From the human T2T-CHM13v2.0 reference genome, Homo sapiens, in NCBI RefSeq assembly GCF_009914755.1, contig NC_060944.1: 64,000 nt of DNA. One strand, 5' to 3'. Positions within the stretch are counted from its first letter, which is position 1; every line of letters starts with the position of its first letter. Below, piece by piece: positions 40,071 to 53,948 of the stretch. Below the pieces are notes generated by a model. That model saw only the letters and a list, made by a program, of their open reading frames with translations, made no database searches and was not told where the DNA came from. A program made the position numbers and the translations under genes.

Positions 40071-41526
40071 GGACTCACTGTGGGAAAAGAGTGTGAGGGC
40101 AAAGGGGAGAACCAGGACGCCCTGTCGGGACACACAGCACATTTCCCAGAGAAAGAAGCAAGTGCTCCTTACTCTCCCAGACTCTGTCCCCAGCCTGGAG
40201 GGTGTCACCTCGGCCAAGGGAGGATGCTGTCTTCACACCCATCTGCCCTGGGAATCTTTTCTGACAAACACCCCAGGCACAAAGCAACTGCACAGTCATG
40301 TGGCATAATAATGGCACAGCCCATGGGCAAAGGAGCCACAGGACCTGACTATGGGGCTGGAAGGTGACACACCTGCCTCGACCCCAGAGGCTCTGAGGGG
40401 CTGGTCATATGCTCTCCTGAGTGGGTAGTCCTGGATGCTCAGGTCCCATCGTGCTTCCATTCTTGGATTCAGAAGATGAAACTGCACCTGGTCAATACAA
40501 CATGAGAAGTAACATTAAAATACAAAAGAATGTGACATGTTAGAGGCAAACATAGAACCAACATTGTTTCCATGGAATCATGTTTCTACAGAATCATGTC
40601 TTTAAGCTCTTTAAGCCCCATACATAGAGGGTCTTTAAATAGCTTGTCTTTAGTCTGGCACAGAAATTAACAGTCCTACAATTATTAAGCAAAATGTTTG
40701 AGTTCCCACTATGTGCTAAATTTCCAAGAGACTGGACATAAAAATAGGCTACACGGAGAACTGTGACTATCTGACTCAGGTTTCTGAGAGAATTGGTGCA
40801 TAAAGGGATTTCAGCACTGAATTTCCAAGAGACTTGTTCTAATGTAAGGCCTTGTAGCTCATTGATTTTTGAAGAGTTGGTGAGACGCACCACCTGATAT
40901 AGAACTGAATTCCAAACAAGTGCTACACTTGCAGAGGGGATTGGATGGTTCTCTGCCACCTGTCCTCCTGGAGAAAATGGAAGCTCTCAGACACAGCCAC
41001 GGGGTAGGTGCAAAGGAGGCAGCGTCCATCTGTTCTTGTGGGATTCCACCCCCTCCCCAAGCCTAAAACTATCTCTAGAAGCAGGGAGAAAGACACCCAT
41101 GAGTCATCATTCATATGTGGATCCTGGAAGATGCCACGGGGACAGCCTGAGGACTCAGGAGAGGAGGGGAACCTTCTGGCAAATGCAGGGGTGACACTGA
41201 ATGCCTGCCTGCCATGAGCTAGGATCTGCCCACCCCACACCCCAGCTCCCAGGAGATCCCTGTCAACACAGGCAAAGTTCCCAGCCCCTTCCTCAAGCAA
41301 ACATGGAAGAGGGGCCCCTTCAGACAAATTGAGGGACTCAGGAGAACCCTCTGTAGGTTCTCTTCCAGCTTTACATGTCGCTGGCTGCCTGGCTTCCCCT
41401 CACATTAAGCAACCATTCATTCTCTCCTCTGTGCATTCTGTCCATCTGTGTGTGCAAGGTTCTGGGGCAGGGGAAGAAAGACAGGGCAGGACAGATGCTG
41501 CCTGGAGCATGGCCTAGAGATCAGGG

Positions 41527-41528
<2 letters not shown>

Positions 41529-41575
<47 letters not shown>

Positions 41576-41578
41576 AGG

Positions 41579-41637
<59 letters not shown>
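41529..41637. repeat. Interrupted (GA)n polypurine tract
   Basis: Two (GA)n arms separated by gggagggagggg. Confidence 0.97.
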
Positions 41638-41639
<2 letters not shown>

Positions 41640-44600
41640 GGGAACTGAAGCTCCTTGGAGCCAGGACATAAACTGGCCGAATTCCCTGGACCAAAGTCGC
41701 CTTCCTTCTAGGGGCTCAGCATGCTGGGTGCCTCATCACTGCTTCCCACACACTGCCAGGCCAGGGCAGGGCACCAGCGCTGGGCACAGGAAGCCTGCCA
41801 GGTGGAGACAGCATCTGCATCAGCCTTCCTATTGGGCCGGTGAGGCTTGAAGCCAGGTTTTCCTCTCCATGCGCCCACCTTTCAGAAAGGCTCCGAGGCT
41901 CCCAGATTGTCCTCCAGGGTCAGGGTAGGAGGGCCTGCTGACAGCAGGTGCATGAGGACGCCCAGATGAAGACGGCAGTGCTGCCCTGACCACAGTGGCT
42001 GCCGCCTGCCGGCTTCTCGGAATCAGCAGAGCACCTCGGGACTGGCGCCAGCCAGAAACACCTGTGCACCGGAACCATGGGAAGGAAAAGCGGTACTAGA
42101 CTGCCAGTGACAGAGCTGGACCGGGGCCAGAAGTCCAAGCTCAGCTCCAGAAGGCAGGATCTAACCACCCCTTCACGCCACACCCAAGAATCTTTCCTCG
42201 GGTCCACAGCACCTCCTGCTTCCAGTGTCCTACCCAGACAGACCTTCATCTGATTATTTATCTAGGTGCAGAATTAATTACAGGCCCTAACTGTGCATCT
42301 AGTTACCATTTTCTCAGTTGGGAACACAACTGTTACTCTGGTCTTGGCTGGGATGCAGCTGTTTCCTCTGAACACAGCGCTTGGTGCCCAGAGCTCTGCT
42401 CGCTGTGCCTCCTGCACCTCATAAGGGCCTCAAGCTCCAGGGCCACCTCTCCTGGCATTTCCTCTGTGGAAATATAACCATCCTAAGTACTGCGGCCCCA
42501 GAGATTCCTTGTTCTTTGGCCCTTCCCTCTCCTGTGCTTGGATGAGAGCCCAGTGAGGGGTGGATGTCTGGGCCCAGCAAGACACCGAGGTGCAAACAAT
42601 GACAGAAAGCCAGAAGGGCTGGGCCAGCCAAGCCTGCTTTCCAGCATGAGACCCACAGCTTCCATTCCACACCTTTGCAGGAGAAAAAGCAACAACTCTA
42701 TCTTATTAAATAGATGCACAAGTATGAGCTGCATGCGATTCCCAATCAAGCAAAGTGCAGGATGGAAGAGGGTCTGGATTTTCCTGGAGGGAATGAGGCA
42801 TGTCCGCCTTGCAGGCACCAGAAAGAAACCATAGATGGGAAAGTGGGGTCTGCAGAGCCAGAACAAATCAGAAGAAACAGGATGGTCCCATGGAGTCACA
42901 GAGTGGCTGAATTTGGCAGTCCACATACAAGGCCATCCTGGGATCTGAATGGACCGCAGAGATAGGCACGAGGCACCAGGTCACCCCATGGGGAGGACCT
43001 CTGTTCCTCCCCTTCCTCAGAATCTTCCTTGGAGTCCTGAATGACACCCCCTGGGAGGACTGGAGAGCTAGCTTCAGGGTTTACTTTGGGTTTTTGGAGT
43101 TCCAAACCCATGTGTGATTTGAGCTGCCACCAATGCTGCAGCGAAGGCCGAGGAAGGAAGCACCTGGGCCCCCATCTGAGCTGGACCCCATGGCATGACC
43201 ACTAGCAGCCTTCAGTGTGGCTGTGTGTCATGAGGCATCAGGGCGTCTGAGCAGAAGGGAGAACAGGTGAGCATGGAGAGCCCCATGTCCCCAGGGAAAC
43301 CTGTCCGGTCTTCATACTCTGCAGGGCTTCTGAGGCCCCTCTCCAAGACCACCCCCCTCCAGGGCTTCCTGGCCCTGACACAGCTGCCACCTGGCCTTCT
43401 GCACATCATGGTCATGTGCTGGCTTCTCTGCCCCAGAAGTTCAAGCTTGCTCCAGCTCCCAATTCTTTCTGGCAAGGCTTTTACCTGCCATATGTAATTT
43501 GACGTAGTGTTTTACTGGCTTTGTCTTCTTAAAGGGCATTTTCAATTATTCTGGTCTCCTGCCAAACCCTAAATTCATCTCCTACTTTTATTAGACCTGT
43601 TTATGCATCAGAATGAGTTTTTCCAGCTCCTGGCACCCCTCAGCTATGTCTACTGTGTCTCCCTGAGCCAGTCTTGAACCTGGCTCCTGTCAGAGGCCCT
43701 ACGAGACTGAAGCAGCTCTAGAAATCCTGGCTGTGCATCCATGCAGCCTGCAGCATAAGCCCAGCCTTTGCCCTAATCGGGTGCTTAGGCCCAAGCTTGT
43801 CCTTCCCAGAATGTGCATTGCTGAAATCGCACATCACCTAAGGCAGGACAACTTAATCAGTCAACAAGAACCCACCCCATCTCCTCCCAGGCAAGGCAGG
43901 TGGGCCCCACCCGTGCTGGGGGAAGAACTTCTGTTTCCTTAGCCCTGGGCTAACCACTGCAGCAGGTGTTTTCCCCTGGTGAGGATGACAACCGCCAGGG
44001 CTGGCCAGGAAGAGGGGCCACAGGCAGAGGCAGAAGGGGATGTGTGGCTCTCCCCGGGACTGGCTCCCAGCTCACTCCCAAAGCAGCACTGCCCCCAGAG
44101 GGCAAGAAACGAGACCCTGCATCCCCACAATGGGGGTTTCCAAGTCCACCTGTCCATCCCTCCAAGGTCTCTCCAAGGTCAAGCTTCAACCATCCCACAA
44201 CTCTGCTTACTTATTTAGGAGTGGACTCCATCAGTAGCTGTGTAACCCAGCAAGCGCTCCCTGAGTAGTCAGCGTGTGGATGCACTGGTGAGTTACCTGA
44301 TTCTCTCTCCCTGCCTTCAGTCCTCCTCCCTCACCTCACCCCTTGGCTTGCAGCCTCACTGTACACTGGAAGCCCTTCAGATAAACCAGTGAATGAATGA
44401 ATGAATGGATGAGTGAGGTATAGGAAAGAAGACTCCATGGGACTCGTGTGGAGGGAGCTGACTTGGAGCCGCTTCACAGCCTCCTTCTCCCACAAAGTCC
44501 CGCAAGGGAGTGAGTGGAAAGAAAGCTCTGAGAACATCCCTGGCTCCTGAGCCTGGGCAGCAGCAGAGCTCTCTGCCTTGCTTTGCCAAACTCTGACACT

Positions 44601-44929
44601 GGGTGCCCAAAACTAACTACAGATAATTTCCACTATAATAAACTAAATGGTTCGAGGAGGTTGTACAGACAAGCTGTTGTTAAAGGGACTCCGGGTGCCC
44701 TCTACTGGGTAGCAGTGGATGAGCCCTGTGGGGAGGGCGGCTAAGAGGGCAGGGCTGGGGGCTGTGCAGAGTCCAGGTCCAGCAAGGGCAAGCGGGATTG
44801 GAGGCCCCCAGACCGCTCTGGTGCTGGCCTGGCTCTGAGACAGCTGCCCTGGCTGACTTGCCCACCAGCTGTTTCCATAGAAATAAATAGAAAGCAGGTT
44901 GACATGGTTGTGTTGTCCTTTTCAAAGCA

Positions 44930-45055
44930 CTATTCCCATTTCTTGTGATTTTGCCTCAAACTAAGACTGTGAGCTAAAGAGCATCCACCCTCATTACACA
45001 GGTGAGGAAAGAGACTTGAGGCTTTGAGCGACTATGTCCAAATGAAAGTCCTAAT
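44930..45055 (-). mobile_element. MIR fragment
   Basis: ctcattacacaggtgaggaaagagacttgag. Confidence 0.55.
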
Positions 45056-46865
45056 TACTCGCAAATGTGGAGGAAAATGGGTTCTGATGTCCTGGATCGT
45101 GGCTACATCCTCTCTCAACAAAAGGGTAAGAGTGAATTGAAATGCATCGGCTGTCTCCATCTAATAGGGAGACAGCTCCCGATGTCCCCACCCCACTCTC
45201 AGCCTTTCCTTTCCTCACCCCTCCCACATCCCAGCACACCTTCTTCCTCCATCTTTAAAAAAAAAAATCATTAACATGGCTTCTGAGCCACACCAGACTG
45301 TACAGCAAAATGGTCATTCTTCCAAAAGCCAGGTGTCCTGCCAAACCAATGAGCAGGAGGCCAAGAGAATCTTCAAGAAAAAGACAAATTCACCATTAAA
45401 CAATGCCTGAAATATAAAATTAATAAAAGAGAAAAGAAAGCGGAAAGGAGCAGGCATTTCTGTGCAGCACTGCCAACGTCGGCAGCACGGTGCATGTCTT
45501 TCTACCAAGCCCTAGTCTGGTCCCTTTCCCAGGCTGCCGTCTCTCCTCCTGCAGCCTCTATAAACGCTGCGTGTGACTTTGGGCAGCCTCTAACAGAGTC
45601 TGCCTCATCCTGTTGCCAGGGTCCATCAGTCCCCCTCTTTTGGTCCCTCGGAGCAACCTGATCAAAGGCTCGCTGCTGGCTCAGACACATGAGCATCTTT
45701 TTTTTTGGTCCGCGTTTGTTTATTTTCCCAGAAATGTTTTGCTCTGCTTCAGATCAGGAGGCTGGGCCACTCATGTTCCATTGCTTGGCAAAGTCAAAGG
45801 GAAAAACTCTATCTCCCCTTGGCTTTAATGGATTGAAATGAAGTTCACCTACAATCGCAGCTCTATTTTAGTGTCCTGAAAGGACTCCCCTCCCCTGCCT
45901 CTCAGCCCATCTCACGCTTGATTCTGGGCTAGCCTTTCTAGGAGAGGCCAGGGTTCCTGGAGAAGAGGCTGGCCTGGGCTGTAACAGGGCATGGGGCAGT
46001 GTCCCCTCAGTGGCCACAGGGCCTCCCCAAGGACCAGGGACAGTCCTGGAGACAGTAACTGGACCACATCACCCCCTGGTGGGTGCTCCAGCCCTGACGC
46101 TTGACTCACACCAGGTGGGGCCTCCCTAGGCTGCGGAGGTCAGGATGAGACCAGGGCCAGGCTGTGAGCTCAGCAGGGCTCCCTCCTAATGCAGCCGAGA
46201 CACTCTTTTTCCTCTACCCAGAACATCCTGCTCCCTCTTAAAGGCCACAGCAATCACATGATCCTACGTGGTTTGGAGTGCACTTAGGGAGCCCTCCCTC
46301 CTTCCCCCTGCCCAGGTGGAGAGCTCCTTCCTCTTCTGGCCCACCGCTCAGGCCTCCCGCCCCTAGTGTACTACAGTTGCTGGTTCTTGCATCTGTCTCG
46401 ACTACTGAGGTCTAAGCCATGGGCACGAAGACCCGCATTTTACTCGCTGCTGCCCATGCTGTCTCCTGGCACTGAGTGGTTTCTCTAAAACTGTCTAGTG
46501 AATTACTCCAAATTCTACCACTTCTGACTAATGATGGGTGACGCTTAAGACAGAGAAAATCTTAAGAGCCCAAAGAATGGATTATGGTTAATGAAATCTC
46601 TGGTGCCAAGAGAAACAGAGTAAAATGCACTTAAGGCATATAGCCAACTCCAGCCCCAGCAGCTGACTTCCCGCCATCCACACAGGCCACCTCTGGCAGA
46701 AGGACCAGCCTGAACAAAATCCCACTACTGAGTCTGGTTCCCCCTAGCCCTCCAGTTCTCTCAGCCTCACACCTCTTTTCCCAAGGAGCTCAGAAATGCT
46801 AAGGACTGCCAGGATTCTTCATGTACCTGTTCATTGACTCCTTGCACTCCCTTTAATTGAACACC

Positions 46866-47448
46866 ATCTTAGTTATCTATAGCAGCACAAGTCACCACAA
46901 GCTTAGCAGCTGAGAACAACGCACATGGTCACCACACAGTTTCTGCACGTTAGGAGTCTGGCCCGGGCTCACCTGCACCCTCTGCTCAGGGTCTCACCAG
47001 GCAGCAGCCCAGCAGTGGCCAGGGCTGCAGTCTCATCAGAGGCTGGACTGGGAAAGGATCCACTTCCAAGCTCCCTCGGGGTGTCAGCAGAATGCATTTC
47101 ATTGCATCTGTAAGACTGAGGGGCCTGGCTTCATGCTATCAGCTGGAGGCCACTGTCAGGCCCTAGAGGCTGTCTGCAGTCCCCTGCCAGGCAGCCCCCT
47201 CTCTATAGGCCTTCTCACCTCGTGGCAGGTTGCTTCCCCAAATCCAGCAACTGAGAAGAGAGCAAGTCTGCTAGCAAGACAGTCTTAAATAAATAATGTA
47301 ACATAATCACAGGAGTGACATGCCATCACTTTTGTGTATTCTAGTTAGAAGCAAGGCACAGGTCTCATCCGCTTTCAGGGGAGAGGACCACACACAGACG
47401 TGACCACCAGGAGGAGGTCCTGAGCCATCTTAACGTCTGTTCAGCACA
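46866..47448 (-). mobile_element. MaLR LTR (MLT1E-like)
   Basis: ggccagggctgcagtctcatcagaggctggactgggaaaggatccacttccaagctc; cacaggagtgacatgccatcac. Confidence 0.8.
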
Positions 47449-48004
47449 CACACCTACCTTGCCAGGCCCTCTGAAAGCCACCTGTGCCTCCTGCTCCAGT
47501 GCCCCACAAACCAGCTCTGCCTCTTCTGCTTTGCCTCTCCTCAGATCGGGGCAGTAGTGCCTTCTCTTTAAGGCTGTTGATGGAAATATGGGAATGCAAT
47601 ACTGGGCACAGAGTCAGTGCTCAATAAACAACAGCTATTAACACTAGGATTGGGTTGAACTCAAGTGGAAGACCACTCCCAGCTAATCTAACAAGAGAGC
47701 AGATGCTCAGGTGACACCCTGACTCTCTAGTTGTGCCTTAAGTCAGTGAAATAAGCACAGTGACTGGTTATGCTGGAGGTCTCAGGACAATGTTCCCCAC
47801 CACACAGCCTGAAATGCCCAGCTGGGCACTACATGCTCTTCCTGGTGCCAACATCTGCTTGACCATTTCCTTATTTTAGAGTCTTTGTATTAGAATGGTG
47901 TGTTTGAGTTCTGGTTTCCTGACTAGCTTTGACACATCCGGTATTTTGTATCAGGAGCGGGTTTCTAATCCACACAGATGTGGCCTGGAGAATCATGTGA
48001 TGGC

Positions 48005-48205
48005 AGCTTCTCTCACTTGTTACCCTCTGCAACAATTTTTTTTTTTTTTGCTTCCCATTGACACAGCTTTAAGCTCAGCTGTTTTGGAGGTCTTAGCTCC
48101 CCAGGGAAGAATGTTCCACCAAGAAACCCAACAATAGTTTCACTGAATTGGATATTGAGACTGCCACCTAGTAATCTGTGCTCCTTGTACACTGACCCAA
48201 CAGTT
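48005..48205 (+). mobile_element. ERVL/MaLR internal fragment
   Basis: tttgcttcccatt...ggaggtcttagctccccagggaagaatgttccaccaagaaacccaacaatagtttcactgaattgg...gactgccacct. Confidence 0.6.
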
Positions 48206-49559
48206 TCACATAAGAATAACATGGAAATTCCAATGTGGCTGAAGAGAGAGAAGGACAGATGTGGACACAGAGAAGGTCAAGACATGGGACAACCTCAAGG
48301 GAAAAGGAGATCTAAAGACTGAGGGGCTAGTCCTCAGACATGATGGTGCCAGTAGCAGGTGGGGTGTTACTGAGCAGACTCCTCCAGCCGTCCCAGTGCA
48401 GGCGCAAGAAATGGCTCTGGCAGTGACTGCCGGGGAAGTGGGGAAGGCTGGGGCCTGAGAGTGGGCCCTCTGTTCGGCCACAGCCACTCCCTCACCTCAG
48501 GGCTATATCCCAGTGAAGTTGACATCTCACTCATGACCCTGACCTCATGTCATAGGGATGTGGGGCATGTCCTCCAGTACCTACTACCCCCCAGGCCACC
48601 CCCTCACACCACAGACAGCCTCAGCTTAGATCCACGGAGAGAATAGCACCAGCGTCCAACACAGCAAACAACTCTCAAATTGCTTCTCTCTGACTCTGTG
48701 ACATCCTGTCTCATTTGGTCTAATGTGAAAATTCATCTGCACTTCCTGGATATTAACCATCTGCTGCTGGGAGGCACATGGAGTTGCAGGCAGGTTGGCC
48801 AGGGCTTGGGACCAGCGTTCCACACACATTCCTTCTCAATTCCTCATGAGAAGGAGAGGACGGGCACTGGAATCACCAGAATGCCTAAGCGCCCCTCCCA
48901 CGTGGAGTCCTCATCAGGCTTCAAAAGCCAGACTTGAGGTACCCACTCACCCAAGGGCACAGGGATCAGTGGAGGGAATGGGCCCAGGCTCTGACACGTC
49001 TTTCTCCTTTTGAACCTGGCCTCCACCCTCTGTCAGCCAGAGGCAGCTGATTGCACAAAAGCACTTCTAGGAAATCCTCTTCCCTTCTCATTTTAAAGGC
49101 AGAGGCGCAGGCAGCTTCTGCAGTCACTCCTTGCTCTTCCTCACTCATGGAGGGTCCAGAAATTGATTGCAGGACAACTGGCTCTTTAGTTCCAGCCCAG
49201 AGGAGACAGTAACAACCCAAGATTGGCATCTGTGGAGCACCCATGCCCCGGGTGCTGTCTGGTGTTGTCCCCTCAGCAGCCCGGTGAGGGGAGCAGTTAT
49301 CAGAGGTGACATGGCTGCCCACACTGCAGGGCTAGCAAGAGACAGGATCAGGACAGCGCACTCCCCTGCCCTCCAGGGAGAAGAACCACCGAAGCAGAGG
49401 AGGGAAAGTGAGCCACGGGGCCGATGGGGCTGCCCCAAGGACCAGATGCTGGTGGGCATCCGGCAGCCAGCACCTCCTCTCTCTGCCCAGGGGCTTTCTC
49501 TGAAACCTGGAACCTGCTCTGCCCGCAGACAAGGCAGCCACAAACATCCCTGGGAGTGG

Positions 49560-50190
49560 GCCTGACCCAGGGTAGACAGGAGTAGCGCTCCCTCATGCCT
49601 CCCCCAGGGCCTCCCCGTCCCCCGAGGCCCCAGCAGGATTCAATCCCAGTGACCACAGAGCTAGGTGGCTGACTCCCACCCTCACTCGCCATCACTGCCC
49701 CTTCCTCCCTCACTGCCCCCTTCTCCAGCTGCTTCCTGAGACCCCTTCCAGACCAATGCTTCATCCCAAAGCCTGTCTTGGGGTCTGCCCTGGGCAAATG
49801 CAGCCTGAGACACCCCCTTTCTGGTGGGCTGGCCAGACCATCTGCCTTCACTGTGGGCTCACAGCCCACTCACAGGACAGCCCTGGGCCCACCGTCCTCC
49901 CGCATCTCCATGAGAAGCAGGTCTCCTCCAGGCCCCTGACTGACCCCACAGAGCTGCTCAGAGAGCACTCGGGGCATGAGGGCCTGACAGCGGCATGCTC
50001 AGGACCCAGCGGCTGCTGTGTGCTCCATGACCTTTCCCGGGAGTCCCCTGCAGGAACCTCACCCTATATGGGTTGCCCCCGCCCAGCCTCTTCTCCCCAC
50101 CTCTTCCTGTGCTTCCTGGGATCACCTTCCACATAAACTGCTGTGCCCAAAGTCTTGCACCAGGGCCTGCTTCTGGGGAACACGGTTGTG
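49560..50190 (+). mobile_element. ERVL LTR fragments (LTR33/LTR16-like)
   Basis: Two 3'-end motifs: tcttggggtctgccctgggcaaatgcagcctgagaca and cttcctgggatcaccttccacataaactgct...gcctgcttctggggaac. Confidence 0.5.
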
Positions 50191-51177
50191 TTAGGGTGGA
50201 GGGTCCCCTGGCACTGGCTGTGAAGTCTCTGCGGTTCAAGCTGGAACTGAATATCAAAACCCCCAGAAGTGAGGTGCTGCTGCCGGCCGTGTAAGCCTGC
50301 TTATCCCTCTGCTTCCATGATCAAGTCAAGGCTGATACCCTCTCATGCCTCCACAGGAGCCCCAAAGCAGGGAGTGCTGCCCCAGGCCACCACCCAGTGC
50401 CCCTCTCAGGGACATCGCCGCCGGGCTGGTGGATGGAGGCCATGACCGCTCTTGATAAAGCCGTTGCATGGTGGGCAGTCTGTAGGAGCTGACTTACCCT
50501 GGGAGAGCAGCAGCCCCCACAGCAGTGGGCCCACGCCCCATGACATCCAGAGTCCTTCTTTGCACATATGACCACACATTCCTCCCCATACATTCGCCCC
50601 CACCTCCAGCCCTTCTTCCCCTCCCTGACACAAGCATCACCTTTAAGGTCTTTCCTGTGTCTCTTTCTCTCCAATGCAGGAGGACTCCCTCCCTCCATGT
50701 CTCCGTTTCACTGGTCAAGAGGAAACAGACACTATTTCTAGAGTTAAGCATGTGTGCACCAGGCTCCGGAATCCTGCTTCAATAGCCCTGGGTGATGGGT
50801 ATTTGTGTTGCCTTATTTCAGAGTTGCAGTAACTGAGGCTTGAGAAGTTTCTGTACCTCACACCAGGGCACATGGCTGGACTTAAATGCAGGTCAGCCTG
50901 ACCCCTGAACCCAGAGTGTTCAGTAGGACACCATGTCACGTGGTGTTAGTTACATGCAGAGCAGAGGCTACAGGAGCCCGGGCCCCAAAGGGAGTGATGT
51001 CTGATGGAGAGCTAGTTCCATTCATGGCCAGGGAGAACCTTCGCCTTTTTGTGCCAGAGACTCCTCTGCGGGTCAGGTGAAGCCTACCGAGCCCTTCTCA
51101 GAAGGATGCTCCTAACACATTACCCAACATGCGTCGCCTTACAATGTCAACCAACTATACTGAAGTGGTTATCAACA

Positions 51178-52138
<961 letters not shown>

Positions 52139-53679
52139 ACTCAAAATGTTTTTAAATACATGTGTGATGTGTTAATATATGTGCTCCTTTACTAACATCT
52201 TAAGCAGCAAGTTCACTGGAGGATCTAAGAATTACTAAAATTTCAAAGTCCCAAGATGCCTGCAACCACCATCCACGATAAAAAACCCTCTGCAATGTCT
52301 GTGGGAAAAGTCACCATGGTGGAACTCAATTCAGAATCAAAAGTAATGCAAAATCTGAGTTTGAAGCTAGTAGAAATAAAGATGAAATTTGTTTTCCTTC
52401 CAAGTTCACAGTCATCTGAATTTTACGCCCAGCCCCTCAGGAATCCATGAACCCCTGGTTAACATTTCCCCAGACATGGGATCCCTACCCCAGCTCCTGC
52501 CCAGGGTTTAAGTCGTCCCCTCCCTTCGACCACCATGGTTAGATTTCCTCTTTCCAGTGGTGCAGAAAACAGCATAGCCATGGGGATCTGTTGCAATCCT
52601 CTGAGTCCCTGGAAGTCTCCCCACACCCCCTGCCCTCTGTTTCAGCTCCTTCCTGTGCCTTGCATAAGAATTCCGGGCACAGCCAGGCAGGGCATGGAGG
52701 GAAAGCCTGTGCATTAAAAACGTAGGTTTGCAGGCCAGCTGCATCACCTGGAGATCTGTGTAAGGCCCAGGAATCTGCATTTAAACAAGCCCACAGGTGA
52801 GTGCATTGCATAGCCTAGGGGCCGTATTTTGGGGAACACTCCTGCAAATTCAGTGACTTCCTCCCAGTCCCCAGCCCTCTCCTCCAACGTCATACCTTAA
52901 CCCCTTCAGGCAGGAGACCCCCTGCTGCCCCCAGGAGCCTCAGCCCCAGAGATTCTGCAGTGTCTAAGTTTTCCACAGTCGCCAATCTCCACGGCATGAA
53001 ATGCCTTGACTGTGCCCCTCACAAGCAGTCCCAGAGCCCTCCCTGCAAAAGGAGATCCAGGCAGTGACTTGGATGGCAGAGGATGGCTGGCTGTTTCCTC
53101 CAGAGACAAGGCTAAGCCCAGGAGAGCACTACCCAACGGCACAGGCTCAGACCGCATTCACCCTGCAGGGAGGCTGAGCTTGGCAAGGGAGAGGGCATCA
53201 GAGCCTGGCAGGAAGCCACAGGTTCTGCTGTGCTCAGCAAGGAGCCATCGGGGTGGGGACAAGCAGGTGACCCAGGGGCCTGCCAGGGAGGCTGACAGAG
53301 CTCCGTGGAAGATGTAGAGACTTTCTTCTTTGTTAAGCCAAGCCTGGAGGTAGAGCACTGATGGGTGGGGGAGGAGGAGTGAGGGGAGGAGTGAGGGGGA
53401 GGAGGGGAGGAGGAGTCAGAAGAAGGAATGTCCTCCCAGCAGCTACCATTTTCTGAGTCTTCCACCCCCTGACTGTGCACCTACTGCAGACTTTATATAC
53501 ATTTTCCTCACTTCACCCTCAAAATACACGTTACAGAAACCTAAGGAATCAAAGGGTTAATCCTTGGCCCAAGGCCCACAGTGTTTCAGGTGCAGACCCA
53601 GACATTGAGCCCGGGACTGTGGCTCCACTTGTGCAGGAAGCAGTAGAGGCTTAGCGGGAATTCGGGGTGCATGCGAGGG

Positions 53680-53948
53680 GGACCTTAGATTTTCAAGTCC
53701 CACGCAGAACAACACTGGATCATTATGAGCCCCCAGAACCCCTCTGAGAACCATCCTGCCCGAGCCCTTTAGGGAGCTCAGATCCCTGAGTCCCAGGACA
53801 GAATGACACTGGATCATCATGAGCCCTCAGAACCCCTCTGAGAACCATGAGCCCTGCAGGGATCTTATATCCTTGCATCCCAGGCAGAGCGACACTGGAT
53901 CACTTTGAGCTCCCAGAACCCCTGAGAGCTGTTCTGCCTGAGCCCTGA
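53680..53948. repeat. Diverged 86-94 bp tandem repeat (about 3 copies)
   Basis: acactggatca...gagc...cagaacccct core at 53712, 53806 and 53892. Confidence 0.85.

Noticed and set aside
41375-41671. Glu/Arg-repeat ORFs
   Set aside because: Translations of (GA)n
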